A stretch of DNA of 64,000 bases from contig CM069155.1 of assembly GCA_035221665.1 (NCBI GenBank), forward strand, positions 19,220,001 through 19,284,000, read 5' to 3'. Under the pieces are notes generated by a model, which worked only from the letters and a program-made list of their open reading frames with translations, was not told the DNA's origin and searched no databases. Source of the stretch: Okamejei kenojei (lineage: Eukaryota). This document shows positions 52,070 to 64,000 of the stretch, piece by piece (positions within the stretch are counted from its first letter, which is position 1; each line of letters starts with the position of its first letter). The position numbers were made by a program, and so were the translations under genes.

Positions 52070-52382
52070 AGTATAACATCATGAGCAGAATAGATTGGGT
52101 GAATGCAGTCTTTTCCCCAGAGCAGGGGAATCAGGAATACAGGGAGTAGTTTTACGAAGGAGGGGGGAAGATTTAATAGGAAACTGAGTGGCAACATTTT
52201 CGCTTGGAGGGGGTGGGTGTATGTACCAAGCTGCCAGAGGAAGCATTGAGGCAGGTACGATACAGACTTGTAAAAGACACGTGGACTGGCTCAAGGATAG
52301 CAACAGTTTATAGGCAGACGCGGGTTAGATGGGATACCTTGATCAGCATGGAAGTGTTTCTGTACTGCATATTCTATGACTC
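52070..52382 (+). mobile_element. CR1-clade LINE 3' end
   Basis: ATAGATTGGGTGAATGCAGTC..AAGATTTAATAGGAAACTGAG..AAGCTGCCAGAGGAAG. Confidence 0.65.
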
Positions 52383-53454
52383 TGATGGACCAGAAACTAT
52401 TTGAAGATGGAAAATCTGGAGATGTATTGATGAGGTGAGCACAATCAGTTGGAGGACCAAAGGAAACAGCAGCAAATTTTCAAGGTGAGTGTGAAATCTC
52501 CACATAGAAGTGGGAGCCAGGAGAGTGAAACTCTCCTGCAGCAGCATCCAGAAGGAGCAGTGATTGAGAAAGCAATGGAGTGAATAGTCCAGAAAAGTCA
52601 CAGAAGAGTCTGAAGAAGGGTCCTGAGCTGAAACATCACACATCCTTGTTCTCCAGGGATGCTGCCTAACCCGCTGAGTTACTGCAGTATTTAGTGGCTT
52701 TCCATGTTTTCGATCAAGGCAAGTTCATCAGTGTTCCATCAATATCTATGTAGATCCTACTCCATACTGATGCACTGCCTGAACGCATTATCTTCATCAT
52801 GTGGAGTCACTGCACAGTTTTGTGGTTATCACTGTGAATAAATAGCAGGTGAATAGTTAAGGATTGATTTTGACTGAGGAATAAGTTGGTACATAATATG
52901 CTGCCATAGCATTGGCAGCTTCCTAGATGTTCAAATAACTTATCTGACATCTGATGAGAATGTTAACTTTTTATCATTCTCCATAAGGGATCTTGAAACA
53001 AATCGCAAATGTCCATGGAATCCATTCTTTAAGCAGAACAGTTGTACATTAGCCAGGACTGGTGAGGTCCAGAAACCTTAAAGAGCAGGAACATTCTGTG
53101 AACAAAATCTCGATTTGGGCCACGTTCAAACTATAAAGTAGGAAAAATCGTTTTGTAGCTCATGTTTCTTGAAAGGAGGAACAGTCAGAATGAGAACCCA
53201 CTGTTATTCTAGCAGTTTGTGTCTTTCCTTGGTAAACCACTATCTGCAATTCCTTATTTCTTCAATTTCTTGAGAAATCTTGATTGCAATGTAAAAACGA
53301 TCACAAGCAAAGTACAAATGACCAAGTGATGCTATTGTGTTTCTACCTTCAATATCTGTAAAATGCAGATATTGGAGGATTCTATCCCAGATGCTGTGTT
53401 GTCGGGTATTTTAATGGCCAACATTCATATTGATTCAGAACTTCACAGAAACAG

Positions 53455-53552
53455 CTCTGAAGAAGGGTCTCCACCCGAAACGTCACCCATTCCTTCTCTC
53501 CAGAGATGCTACCTGTCCCGCTGAGTTAATCTAGCTTTTTGTGTCTGTCTTC
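53455..53552 (+). mobile_element. Penelope terminal repeat with intact hammerhead core
   Basis: CTGAAGA-A-GGGT-CTCC-ACCC-GAAA-CGTC at 53457-53484. Confidence 0.78.
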
Positions 53553-54284
53553 ATTTTTGCTTTATGTGCTTGCTAAGAAAATGCACTCCATCTTGCAAAC
53601 TATTCTTTACTATTTTGTCTGGGAAAGATGTAATCGCTGCTGATGCCTCCTGAAGCAATGTCTTCCACCTTTGCCTTGATGCAGCTATGGAATTGTAAAT
53701 GATGCGGTTATTATGAGCAAAGCTAGAAGTTCTTCAACAAATTTTCATCATGTGATTCATTGAATGAATAGTTCTGAAACTGCCACAGCTGTTATATCAC
53801 AGTAGTCAAAGTGAAACTGCGTTTGAATACGTAATCTTACAAAGCAGTCTGTTTCCTTTATGTGGTCTCTTCTATCTCACTACTTAATACTTCTGACTGC
53901 AGCAGGTTAATGGATACATCAGTGCTGAGATTGATTCAGTTGACAAAATAGATTTCTGTGGTTTTATTGTATGGATTCTAAAATGTTAAAGTGATTGTTC
54001 ACGCTGTAAAACAAAGCAGAAAGACTTTCGTGAAGGCAATGATTCTAAATTCTTATTTTGCTCCCGTGCTATGGTGTCCTTTGTTGAAAAGAGGATGCAT
54101 GCCTCATTGGAGCTATTGTTGGCCTAGACTTTTTTTATTAATCATAGTTCAGGCCAAACTCGCTTTTTTATTGCAGTGTGCCATTGCTCATTCAAGTCTA
54201 AAGTCTGAAGTGTGGGTTTGCTGGACAGACATCTATTAAACATAAAGAATTTTTAGTCGAATTTTATCAGAAACTCGAGACAAA

Positions 54285-54625
54285 TCTTGAAAGCACATAC
54301 CACCATATTCAGGAACAGATTCTTCCCCGCTGTTGTCTGAAAAAAGTCTGCATTTTTCAGTAGATGTAGCCGATTACTGAATGGTCCTCCCATAAACTAG
54401 GGTATAGTCTTGATCTTCCAACCTACCCCAATGCAGACCTTGCCCTTTTTTTCTGTAACCAATGCTGTAACACTATATTCTGCATTTTGCTCTTCGTATT
54501 ATCTGTTTTACTTCAGTATGGTTTGATTGTACTCGTACATAGTATGATCTGATATGACTGGACAGCATGCAAACAAAAGTTTTTCACTATCTCGGTACAC
54601 GTGACGATAAGAAACCAATACCAAA
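54285..54625 (+). mobile_element. Rex1-like LINE 3' end
   Basis: ACCACCATATTCAGGAACAGATTCTTCCCCGCTGTT (TT.FRN.FFPAV) and tail TTTTCACTATCTCGGTACACGTGACGATAA. Confidence 0.7.
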
Positions 54626-55299
54626 GTCACTGAATTGCAAGTGGTATCTTGTTGGATTGCCTTGCATTCCTTGTCTGGAAAATGCACAACATCGGGGACA
54701 AAAGCATTTGGTCTTTTTCCAGAGATTGTATTAAAATGCATTTTACTCACTTTGTAAAGCAAGTTTTGGGTAAATTTGTGTGAGGTGATTGGACAGATGG
54801 AAACGGGAAGTAGGGCAATTGGAAAGAAACTAGGATCAAAAAAAGGAAATCAAAATTACGAGGGCTCAAAAAAAGGAAGTTAGTAATGGGCACATGAGGG
54901 AGAATGTGTTACAGGGTGAAAAATAAATATATTAATAAGATTGCTCTGAGAATTGACTGATTTGATGGCCAACTAGTTGCCTCCCATGCTGCAAAGAAAT
55001 ATAATGTAATGAAAGGGCTGGAAGTTGGAGAAGTGAGGAAAACATGATTGGAGAATTTTCAAAATGTAAATTTTTGATCAAAATATAAGATAGATCAATG
55101 CACCTGAAGTGAATTTATATATAAAATAAAAGGAAAGAGACTTGCTTTTATTGGTATTTGTACTTTACCCAGCAAAGATAGGCTATCATGGGTAATGACA
55201 GGACCATTTCTACGACCTGCTTTTAAAAATTCCTACTAACATTGTACCACATAGCGAGAGATATTTGGCGATTGCCCCTAAGTTGGATTCAAGCTGGAA

Positions 55300-55660
55300 G
55301 CTGCTGGGAGACCTGATAGAAGTATATCAAATTATGAGAGGTATCGATAAGGTAGATGGTCAGAATCTTTATCCTAGCATGGAAATGTCAAAAGCTACAA
55401 GGGTAAAGCTTTAGGTGAGAGGGGCAAAGTTTAAAGGAGATATGCGGGCGACGTTTTTTATACAGAGTGATGGGTGCTGGGACGTACTGTCAGGGTTGGT
55501 GGTTAAGTGGATGCAATAGTATCATTTAAGAGGCGTTTGGACAGCATGCAGGAAATAGAGGGATATAGATCATGCACAGCTAAATAAGAGAGAGTGTTGG
55601 CATCATGTTCGGCACGGGCATTGTGGGCCAAAGGGCCTCTTCATGTGCTGCACTGTTCGA
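55300..55660 (+). mobile_element. CR1-clade LINE 3' end
   Basis: GGAGACCTGATAGAAGTATATCAAATTATGAGAGG (GDLIEVYQIMRG) to GGGCCAAAGGGCC tail. Confidence 0.85.
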
Positions 55661-56289
55661 TATTTTTCCATAGAAGATAATGACTGGCGCTATGATTGTT
55701 TTTATGTGTTATCCAATCTGCACACCTGGCTGCAAAACTGACAAGTACTAACATTTTTTAAAGTGCGTGTGGACAAGAAGAAACAGTTTGAGAAAAGGAT
55801 CAGTGGCAATTGTAAATGGTCAACATGGGCATTTTGATGGGGTTGGAGTCCGTACCGGTCACATTTTTTTCTTCTTGATTTGTAACCCCTTAATTGGTAA
55901 CAGGTTGGATGAAAGGCTGGTTACGGCACAGTAGCTGTTGCTCAGGAAAATGCTGTCATCGGCATGTTTTGGCATTTGTTTATTTTGAGTAGAAGTTATG
56001 ATAATTGTTCTACAGGCTGTGCTTAACATTTCCAGATTTTGTCTGAAAATCTGTTTCGAAATGAATTTCAGGAAGTGAGCACTCCGTGTGTGAGAAAGTG
56101 TGGTGCTATGAAAACGTTTTGCTTTACTGTTGAAACACTTAACATTTGCGTATTTGGATTTAAATGGTTCAGTTTCTCTCATTGTATTCTTGTGTATGCC
56201 AATGGTTTGTAAAATTTGCATCCAAAACTAGCAAAAAAAAAATTTTTTAGTGTCGTTAAATATTATTAAAAAACCTTGTAATAAAACAT

Positions 56290-56850
56290 TCATAGTCACA
56301 CAGCACTGAACCAGGTCTTTCAGCCCAGGTTGTCCATGCCAACCACGATTCCTCAACTTCGCTAATCCTACCTGCCTGTGTTTGGCCTATATTCCTCTAA
56401 ACCTTACCTATCCGTGTACCTGTCCAAATGTCTTTAAAATGTTGTTATAGTACATGTCTCAACCACTTCTCTAGTAGCTCGTTCCATATACCCACCACGC
56501 TCTGTGCGAAAAAGTTGCCCTTCAGATTCTATTAAATCTTTCCCCTCTCACCTTAAACCTATGTTTGCTGGTCCTTCATTCTCCTACCCTGGGTAAAAGA
56601 CTGTGCATTCACCCTATTTATTCCCTTTCATGATCTTCCACACCTCTAAAGGATTACCTTCAACCTCCTGCACTCTAAGGAATAAAATCCTAACCTGCCC
56701 AACCTCTCCCTAAATATCCGGTGCACAAGTACTGGCAACATCCTTGTAAATCTTCTGTGTAGTCTTTCCAGCTTAATGACATCCTATCCTACAGCAGGGT
56801 GACCAAAACTAAACCCAACACTCCAAATGCGGCCTCGCCAATTGTCAACT
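56290..56850 (-). mobile_element. CR1-clade LINE 3' fragment
   Basis: AAAAGTTGCCCTTCAGATTCTATTAAATCTTTCCCCTCTCACCTTAAAC..CAGGGTGACCAAAACT. Confidence 0.8.
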
Positions 56851-57626
56851 CCCTTTGAGCAGCAGCAAATGCAGACTGAGCCATTGCTATCAATGTACTT
56901 GCTTGGAAAGCTGCTCACTTTGTCAATCCAAGTTTCCGCATGGAGAGTGTACTTCCTGGAGCAGCACTGGTGATTTATACAGAGCATGCATAGAGAAACA
57001 AATGTGCACCTGCAGCATATCCATGAATCCTGCGGCTGCCGATGTGCTAAAAGCAAAAACTTGGACACAAAACAATTGTCCTTTTAAGTTGTAAGAAATG
57101 ATCCATAGTGCAAGTTCCAAAGGGAGCATTGTGCCACATCTTGCATGAAATAGCCGGCAGCCGCGAGGGTCAAAAGTTTCTTTTTAAATGTTAAAAATTC
57201 CGGCTAATGTGCTTTTCGGACTGAGTGGAGAACTGTCCCTGTGATTGTATCTTTTATAAGATGTGGATTATAAAGAGTTATAAAGAGTTCATCATCACTC
57301 AAGACTACACAAGCAAGCACGGGGACAGTCAGATATTGTCTCTGACTTTGGCACCAGGATTTGTACAGATCCACGTGGATGTGTTTCAATGCTTCTGAAC
57401 AGGCTTGTCTTGATTAACTCGCTATTCGACATTCCACGCACTCAAGGAACACTTGAAAAGAATTGCAGGTGCATCTCATGGCAGCTGAGGACTTGGCAAG
57501 TGATGTTAGTTCAGGTTCTTTTTGGGAGCTCAAAGCAATGGAGAAATTGTACTGGGGAGAAGAGAGACTTTCTGCCTCAGGCATAATTCACATGCTGACA
57601 TTCTTCAAGTTATGTGGAGTATAAAC

Positions 57627-59363
57627 CAAAGATCCTATAGCGGAGCAAGATGGCCTACTCCCACGAAAAATGCAGATGGGCAAATTCATAGGATCCATTT
57701 CAACAACCAGCCTCCGCCATCTTGCTAGCGCCATCTTGCTTCCGCTTCCGCCTCCGTCTTCGGGGCTGAGGCTGTGTCCCGGCGGTGAAGGCCCGACTCG
57801 GGGCTGAGGCTGTGTCCCGGCGGTGAAGGCCCGACTCGGGGCTGAGGCTGTGTCCCGGCGGTGAAGGCCCGACTGGGGGCTGAGGCTGTGTCCCGGCGGT
57901 GATGGCCCGACTGGGGGCTGAGGCTGTGTCCCGGCTGTGAAGGCCCGACTGGGGGCTGAGGCTGTGTCCCGGCGGTGATGGCCCGACTCGGGGCTGAGGC
58001 TGTGTCCCGGCGGTGAAGGCCCGACTCGGGGCTGAGGCTGTGTCCCGGCGGTGATGGCCCGACTGGGGGCTGAGGCTGTGTCCCGGCGGAGAAGGCCCAG
58101 ACTCGGGGCTGAGGCTGTGTCCCGGCGGTGATGGCCCGACTCGGGGCTGAGGCTGTGTCCCGGCTCGGGGCTGAGGCTGTGTCCCGGCGGTGATGGCCCG
58201 ACTGGGGGCTGAGGCAGTGTTCTGGCGGAGCGGCCCGACACGGAGGCCCGGCCGCAGGCCAGTAGACAACATCGTCGGGAGCTCGCAGGTCACAGGTTGG
58301 TGACCTGTTTTTCTGGAGCTCCCGCGGCAACAGCTTTGTCCGCTGGACTGGAGGGCGGCAGCTTTGACCACCCCGGGCTGCGGAGTTTGAACCGGCCCGT
58401 GGCAATATTGGTGCTGATGTGTCATTATCAGATATTCAGTGTTAAAAAGAGAAATACATCACAATAAAAACGAAAAGATGTTCCTTCCACAGCGTGCGGG
58501 GAGTCTGGCTCGGATCAGCACGGCCGAGACACCAAATTGAAGTTGTGGGGAGGTTTACAATGTTTTTTTATTTAATGTTGTCCCTTGTCTGGTCTGAAAT
58601 AAAGTTCATCATTGGATATAAAAATCGTAAGAAATGTAAATGTGTGTGTTATATTATTATATACATCTATATAACATTCATGTATGTGTGTTCTTTCCAG
58701 CACAATCTAATCAGTTGTATGCTCGCTGAATAAAACCATCCTTAAGTTATACATGATTTGTAAATCTTGCTTAAACACATTTAATTTTGTGAAATACTTA
58801 ATTTAGATAACCCCACCATTACAGACAGATCTCATTCCACACTCTGGCTTTTGGAGACCAGACCCATTTTATTGTTGAGAAACAACTCCATAGACACAAA
58901 AACATTAAGTAACATTCCAGGGCTAGAGCAAGTGGAATCTTCATATTGCTATTATTTTCCCAATTACTGCAGTTGTGAACAGTGTGATTAGATGAATGAA
59001 TTACAGAGTGCAAGTGTCAACTCAACAAAATCAACTCAAACACAGCATATGAGCCATTTAAAAAGAAATTGTTTAAAAAACATTAAAAAAGAAAATTACC
59101 AGAGTCAAATTTTATTCTTTAACAAGAATTAACAGAATTATGAACAAACAGAATTTGAATCTAGCCCTATATCACACACACAAACTGTCCCCCCATCGCA
59201 ACGTTGATTACACTGCGAGTCGGGTCGGGTCGGGTCAGGTCGGGTAGGTTCCGGTTACTGAAATGGACGAAGAAAATGCCCATGTTCTGCTCCGTTGCAT
59301 ACTACACGTCAGCTCATTGCATTTCGCAGGAGTGGCCTATCTTGCTTTGCTATAGGATCTTTG
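57627..59363. mobile_element. 1.74-kb non-autonomous hAT-type element
   Basis: TIR CAAAGATCCTATAGC / GCTATAGGATCTTTG, extending imperfectly to about 50 bp; perfect 8-bp TSD GTATAAAC (57619-57626, 59364-59371). Confidence 0.9.
57759..58240. repeat. 38-bp GC-rich minisatellite, about 12-13 copies
   Basis: Unit CTCGGGGCTGAGGCTGTGTCCCGGCGGTGAAGGCCCGA; period 38 (57761 to 57799); one truncated unit near 58141-58165. Confidence 0.95.
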
Positions 59364-59816
59364 GTATAAACTCCATGTGGAAACTTATGTGGAGCGTAAA
59401 CTCTCACATGGTGGATAGGAAAGGTTTAGAGGGATATGAGCCAAACACAAGGAGATGGAATTAGTTTAGATGGGGTGTTTTGGTCGCCATTGGGCGAAAA
59501 GGCCTGTTTCTATGCTGTTTGACTCTAAATGCCAGAATGGAGCAGTCAGGCCAAATAGGCTCCATGTTACTTTTTTATTGGAAGGAAGAAAACTGCATAG
59601 GATTTTGAACCTGATTTTATTTCCCCTGCATCTCCACCCTGCAGACTTGCATCCACTAATTCCTGATTACTTCCAAGACTCCATCTGACATTTACTGCTG
59701 TCTGATTCAAGTGCTCACTTGAATGATATTTGAAGAAATAACAATTATGTTGGTTTTTTGGCTGGTGTGCTCGTATTTTGACACATACTTGGATAAGAGA
59801 AGTTTTTCCAATTTAG

Positions 59817-59994
59817 GACTGGAGTTGGAACCAAGGCAGTAACAAAGATATCGGAGACGGAACTCGCTGTGGAAAATCCTCCTTCTCGTTCTATTGAAGC
59901 ACCAAGTCGGTGCAATGAAGATCATGAAAGAGAAGTTCTGCTGCACATTATGCCTCGTACATAGGAAGCTTTCAGAGGGGAGTTCAGAATTGCG
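59817..59994 (+). other. Candidate exon of an unidentified host gene
   Basis: TTTTTCCAATTTAG acceptor and CG|GTGAGC donor around unique sequence; ATG at 59915 open to the donor (MKIMKEKFCCTLCLVHRKLSEGSSEL). Confidence 0.3.
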
Positions 59995-60025
59995 GTGAGC
60001 AATTGATTTAATTAATTGATTGAAA

Positions 60026-60320
60026 AATATAGCATGGAAACAGGCCCTTCGGCCCACCATGTTCAGCAGACCAACGATCACTCGTTCATACTAGCTCTAA
60101 GATTCACAACCACTCCCTACACACCAGGGGCAATTTCCAGAGGCCAATTAACCTACAAACCTGCACGCCTTTGCGATGTGGTTTGAAAACGGAGCACCCG
60201 GGGAAAACCCACGTGGTCACAGGGAGGACATGCAATCTCCACATAGACAGTACCCGAGGTCAGGATTGAACTCTGGTCTCTGGCATTGTGAGGCAGCAGC
60301 TTCACCAGCTGTGCCATTGT
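60026..60320 (-). mobile_element. HE1/V-SINE
   Basis: AGCATGGAAACAGGCCCTTCGGCCCACC..GGAGCACCCGGGGAAAACCCACG. Confidence 0.85.
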
Positions 60321-60562
60321 GCCATCCATTACTTTGTTTCTTGCCTCAACTGAATGCAGAGCAGGTTTATAGAACCGAATGTCCCATTCCACACCCTACA
60401 TGCTGCGGGACTGGGAATGTATTTTCTTGAATAAGATGTCGCCTTGGCACAAGTTTCTCATGTGTTAGCTATTGAATTGGCTGCACAATTTTTTCCAATA
60501 GACACAGGTGATCCATTGTAAGAAGGATTTCTTTTTACCTTAACCTGGTTAACTGTTTCCCA

Positions 60563-61176
60563 GTCACTTCCCGGCGAGGATGCGACTTTTCTCCGAGTCG
60601 CGTCCTCACCCCCCCCCCCAACTCGCGGCCTACTAACTGGATTGGCGCGTCCTTTCATGCCGGAGACCGACCAGAGCTGCAGCATCGTGGAGCGGGGATG
60701 CCTTACCTGGATCGCCATTTGAAGCTTCAACATCGTGAAGCTGTGGTCTGCAGAGCTCCCAGCCGCGGGCGGTGCTGACTTCAACATCGCAGAGTCCCGA
60801 GATCCTTTTGCTGAGGACCGCCAGCGTGAATCTCCGTCCAGCCGCGGTCTCCGGCAAGAAGTGGCTGATTCGGAAGTCCAAGCCGCTGAGGATGTTCTTC
60901 TGACGTCGGAGTTCCATCATCCCGGCGAGAGGGCCTGAACATCGGGCCGCCCGTTGTGGCGACTGCGGGGGGCTCATGAGGCCCCGATCATGGAAGGACA
61001 TCAAAGAGGAGGATGACTGAACTTTGGTGCCTTCCGTCACAGTGGGAAACTTTGATTCCGCTGGGTGGGGATGTTTATGTTGAAGACTATCATGTTCTGT
61101 GTTTTTTTAATTATTCGTATGGCTGTATGGTAACCCCAAATTTCACTGTACCAATTGGTGCATGTGACAATAAATG
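60563..61176 (+). mobile_element. GC-rich non-coding retroposon with Rex1-like tail
   Basis: Ends GTATGGCTGTATGGTAA..TTTCACTGTACC..CATGTGACAATAAA; 3' 170 bp homologous to 29712-29880. Confidence 0.65.
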
Positions 61177-62557
61177 TCTCTTGAATCTTAAATGTGCCTG
61201 AAATTGAGCAGCAAGGTGTGTTAGACTTGTATTCTCCGAGAAAGACGTACTTTTGGCAAATTGGACCGTAATGATTATTTTCATATCTCAACGTGCATGA
61301 ATCTGTGTAGTGAAGATGAGAGACCAGCACTAAGATCGCATTAGGGGTCCACATACGTGAGCGGGGTGTTTTGCATAAAGATAGACAGGCTACTGGGTAT
61401 AACGCTAGCAATATTGAATGTACAGACACTAATGGTATAAAGGTTTTTATCTTTTTTTTGTTCTGCATTTTATTCTGAATAATTTTTTTTGAATAAAAAT
61501 ACAGCACTGAAATCCAAGTAGTGACATTATTATTACAAATGGAGTTGCCATTAATGTACAGACTTGGTGATAAATCTGAATGTGCAGGTTATTGCTGCCG
61601 TCCGGCAACTTTGTAAAATCTGAAGCCCAGTTTTGTGTCAGTGGGGTGAACCTTTGTCAATTGTTGCCTGCACAGAATCTCTGACAGTTGCATCTCTGCA
61701 CTGCAAGCAATGGAACTGAGTGTCAGAAGCAGAGTTCAACAGGGCAATGCTATCAGATTTTATGTTTACCTAGCGTGATGCTTTTACTGCTCAACATCAG
61801 GGCAATAAAAAGATGTAATTAAATGAAACAGAAATTGAACTGATTGACCCTGGTGGACTCTGGTGCCCGAATTAATTATCCTTCACGTTCCTTATGAATC
61901 ATGTACGATTAGCAAGCACTCATTGCACACCGCTCCACTCCCACCTTTATAAGGCGTTAATAATGTTCGTGTCAACTGGATAATCGTAATCTCTAGTCAA
62001 TCACCTGTAGTCCCTTTGCTGTTGCTAGCCCTCCCCATCTCCACAATTTAAAGCACCATCTGCCTGCAGCTTATTCAACTTTTGTCTCCCTCCCCATTCT
62101 GATGAAGCACCCTCAACCTGACAAGTTGTCTGTTTCTGTCCCCACAAATACGACCTCACCTGTAGGGCTTCCAGCATTTTATGTTTATTAAAAAAAATCT
62201 TTGTTTTCTTATTTTTCCAACTCTAATAAAAGGCTGTTAAAACGTCATCTGTTTTGCTCTCACTCTAGCTGCAGATCCTGCCCGACCTGCTGAGTAATTC
62301 TAGTATTTTCAGTTAAAATATTCAGCATCTGCGGTTGTTTTTTGCTTTCCAGTGAATAACTGTGCTAGTTTTAGTCTTAGAAATGCACCAGTAAATGCTG
62401 ACGATTTACTTTTGTGCTAAACATGCTACAATGCCCTATATTCAAAAGCAAAGCACTTACACAATGTGTTAGTAGGTTCTGTTTGGGAGTTTGAGTTCTT
62501 TGAATTTTCCTTTCCCCTCGCCCCAAACACCATTAAAGAGAAATTGGTGTCTGCCCA

Positions 62558-62682
62558 GACTCTGGAGAATGATTCCGACCCGAAACTTCACCTATCCATG
62601 TTCTCTAGTGATGCTGCCTAACTCCAGCACATTGTGTGTTTTTCTTGTAAACCAGCATCTGCACTTCCTTGTTTCTACATTT
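62558..62682 (+). mobile_element. Penelope-derived short insertion
   Basis: TSD TGTCTGCCCA (62548-62557, 62683-62692); GACCCGAAAC core. Confidence 0.75.
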
Positions 62683-64000
62683 TGTCTGCCCAAGCTCTGT
62701 GGCATCCTGTGACTGCTGAAAGGGCTGGTCTTCTGCATGGAACATGCAGTGTGGTAGGAAAAGGAAATTAATATTTTGAAAGAGTATTTTGCTTTCAGAA
62801 AATCCTTCCTATTTTCAAAGTACACAGAGAGCACGTGATGACCCTGATCGTAGTCATCCCTGGCTGGCGTTCCTCTAGAACTGCATGTCAAACTTCCCAT
62901 TTGCACTAGAATACCTACAGCTCCAAGCGTTGCTGAGCGCCAAGCAAAATATCTCCAACATTTAATATTTTATATATCCCTACATAATATTTTCTAGAAT
63001 GGTTGTCCATATTAGGCCTTCTACAAGTTCTGAATACATCCACACAACAACAGAACTTTTAAAGTGTTATCACATTCGATTCAGCTGCATATTAATATAT
63101 TGGTGCACAGTGAGTATGTCCTCCAGAAGGATGCATTTTAGCAAAAAATGGATTCCCATTACTAGAATCATGCAAGGTATTAACAACACAGTAGCACATT
63201 TTGCATTGAAGTGAATTACACTAGTTGCCTGCTTTATGTTCAGATTCCAACCTGGGAATGTGAGTACTATAAGGGGGCTAAATAGAGCACTGTGTATGGA
63301 GAATTGCATTACTGACACTGGTGTAGGGATTTTGTCAGTAATCCTGTCCTCCACCAGAGCGTTAATGTGGGCCGGTGCTGCTGACTTACATTGACGGATC
63401 AACCATCTAGCTCATTTACCTGTTGGATGTGATGAACGTTTTGTAGCGATCCCTTTTAATACCAGTTCTACAAGTATTTGCATTACTGGGAATTCATCGT
63501 GATTGCCACGATGTGCCAATGTGCTCTGGGTGCTGTGATGGCAGTGATGTGTTGCGTATCCAGGCCATGTGCCTAAAAGTGATTTGGTTGAGGCACACCA
63601 TGTTGCTCAGGTATTAAAGTATTTTCATATGTGACATACAATGTGGTCATGTTTTACTTAACGTTAATAACAGCACTTAATTCCCACCGTAAAAACTCAA
63701 AGATATTCAGTTTTTGTGATAACAGTACAATTATTTGCCAAACATGCGGAGATATCCGCAGAAACTAAAATGAATACATGAGAGAGTATGAAATGTTGAT
63801 GTGTTGCCCAGGTGTGAATGCCAAAACGTAGTAACTGACTCCTGGTCAAATGTATAGCTAGTCTGTTAAATGCATTCAGATGCTGCCTTTCCAAGGTGAA
63901 TGGAAGATGATGCCGGCCGTGGTTCCTACCATGCCAAAACAACGTTGGTAACAGAGGAATCTAGTGCCTTTCAGCCCACAAAATACACTTTTAGACTTAA

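Noticed and set aside
56855-57094. Cys-rich 79-aa ORF
   Set aside because: No recognisable Cys spacing pattern, non-ATG start, no convincing splice signals
57759-58240. CRISPR-like regular repeat
   Set aside because: Head-to-tail units with no unique spacers, no cas genes, eukaryotic context
57588-58425. Three long overlapping ORFs (217-241 aa)
   Set aside because: Artefact of a stop-free 38-bp minisatellite cycling through reading frames

Overview
Repeat-rich eukaryotic non-coding DNA. It is most consistent with a cartilaginous fish, probably a skate or ray, judged from recalled repeat families (HE1/V-SINE, HER1/CR1 LINE 3' ends, Rex1, RTE, Penelope-like elements). No intact protein-coding gene was found. 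The ORF track is mostly chance ORFs or transposon debris. The window looks like a large intron or gene desert, with one candidate exon (59817-59994) and several candidate enhancer-like unique segments. The strongest signal is a 132-bp TSD-flanked retroposon (17375-17506, minus strand) whose first 54 nt fold by eye into a complete minimal HDV/CPEB3-like self-cleaving ribozyme. Other highlights: many Penelope-derived short insertions carrying minimal hammerhead cores, a TSD-flanked internally deleted RTE element, hAT-type non-autonomous elements with shared ends and unrelated cargo, two PIF/Harbinger MITEs, and a near full-length fossil hAT transposase. Family names are from recall, not a database search. 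Repeat boundaries without TIR/TSD evidence are approximate.
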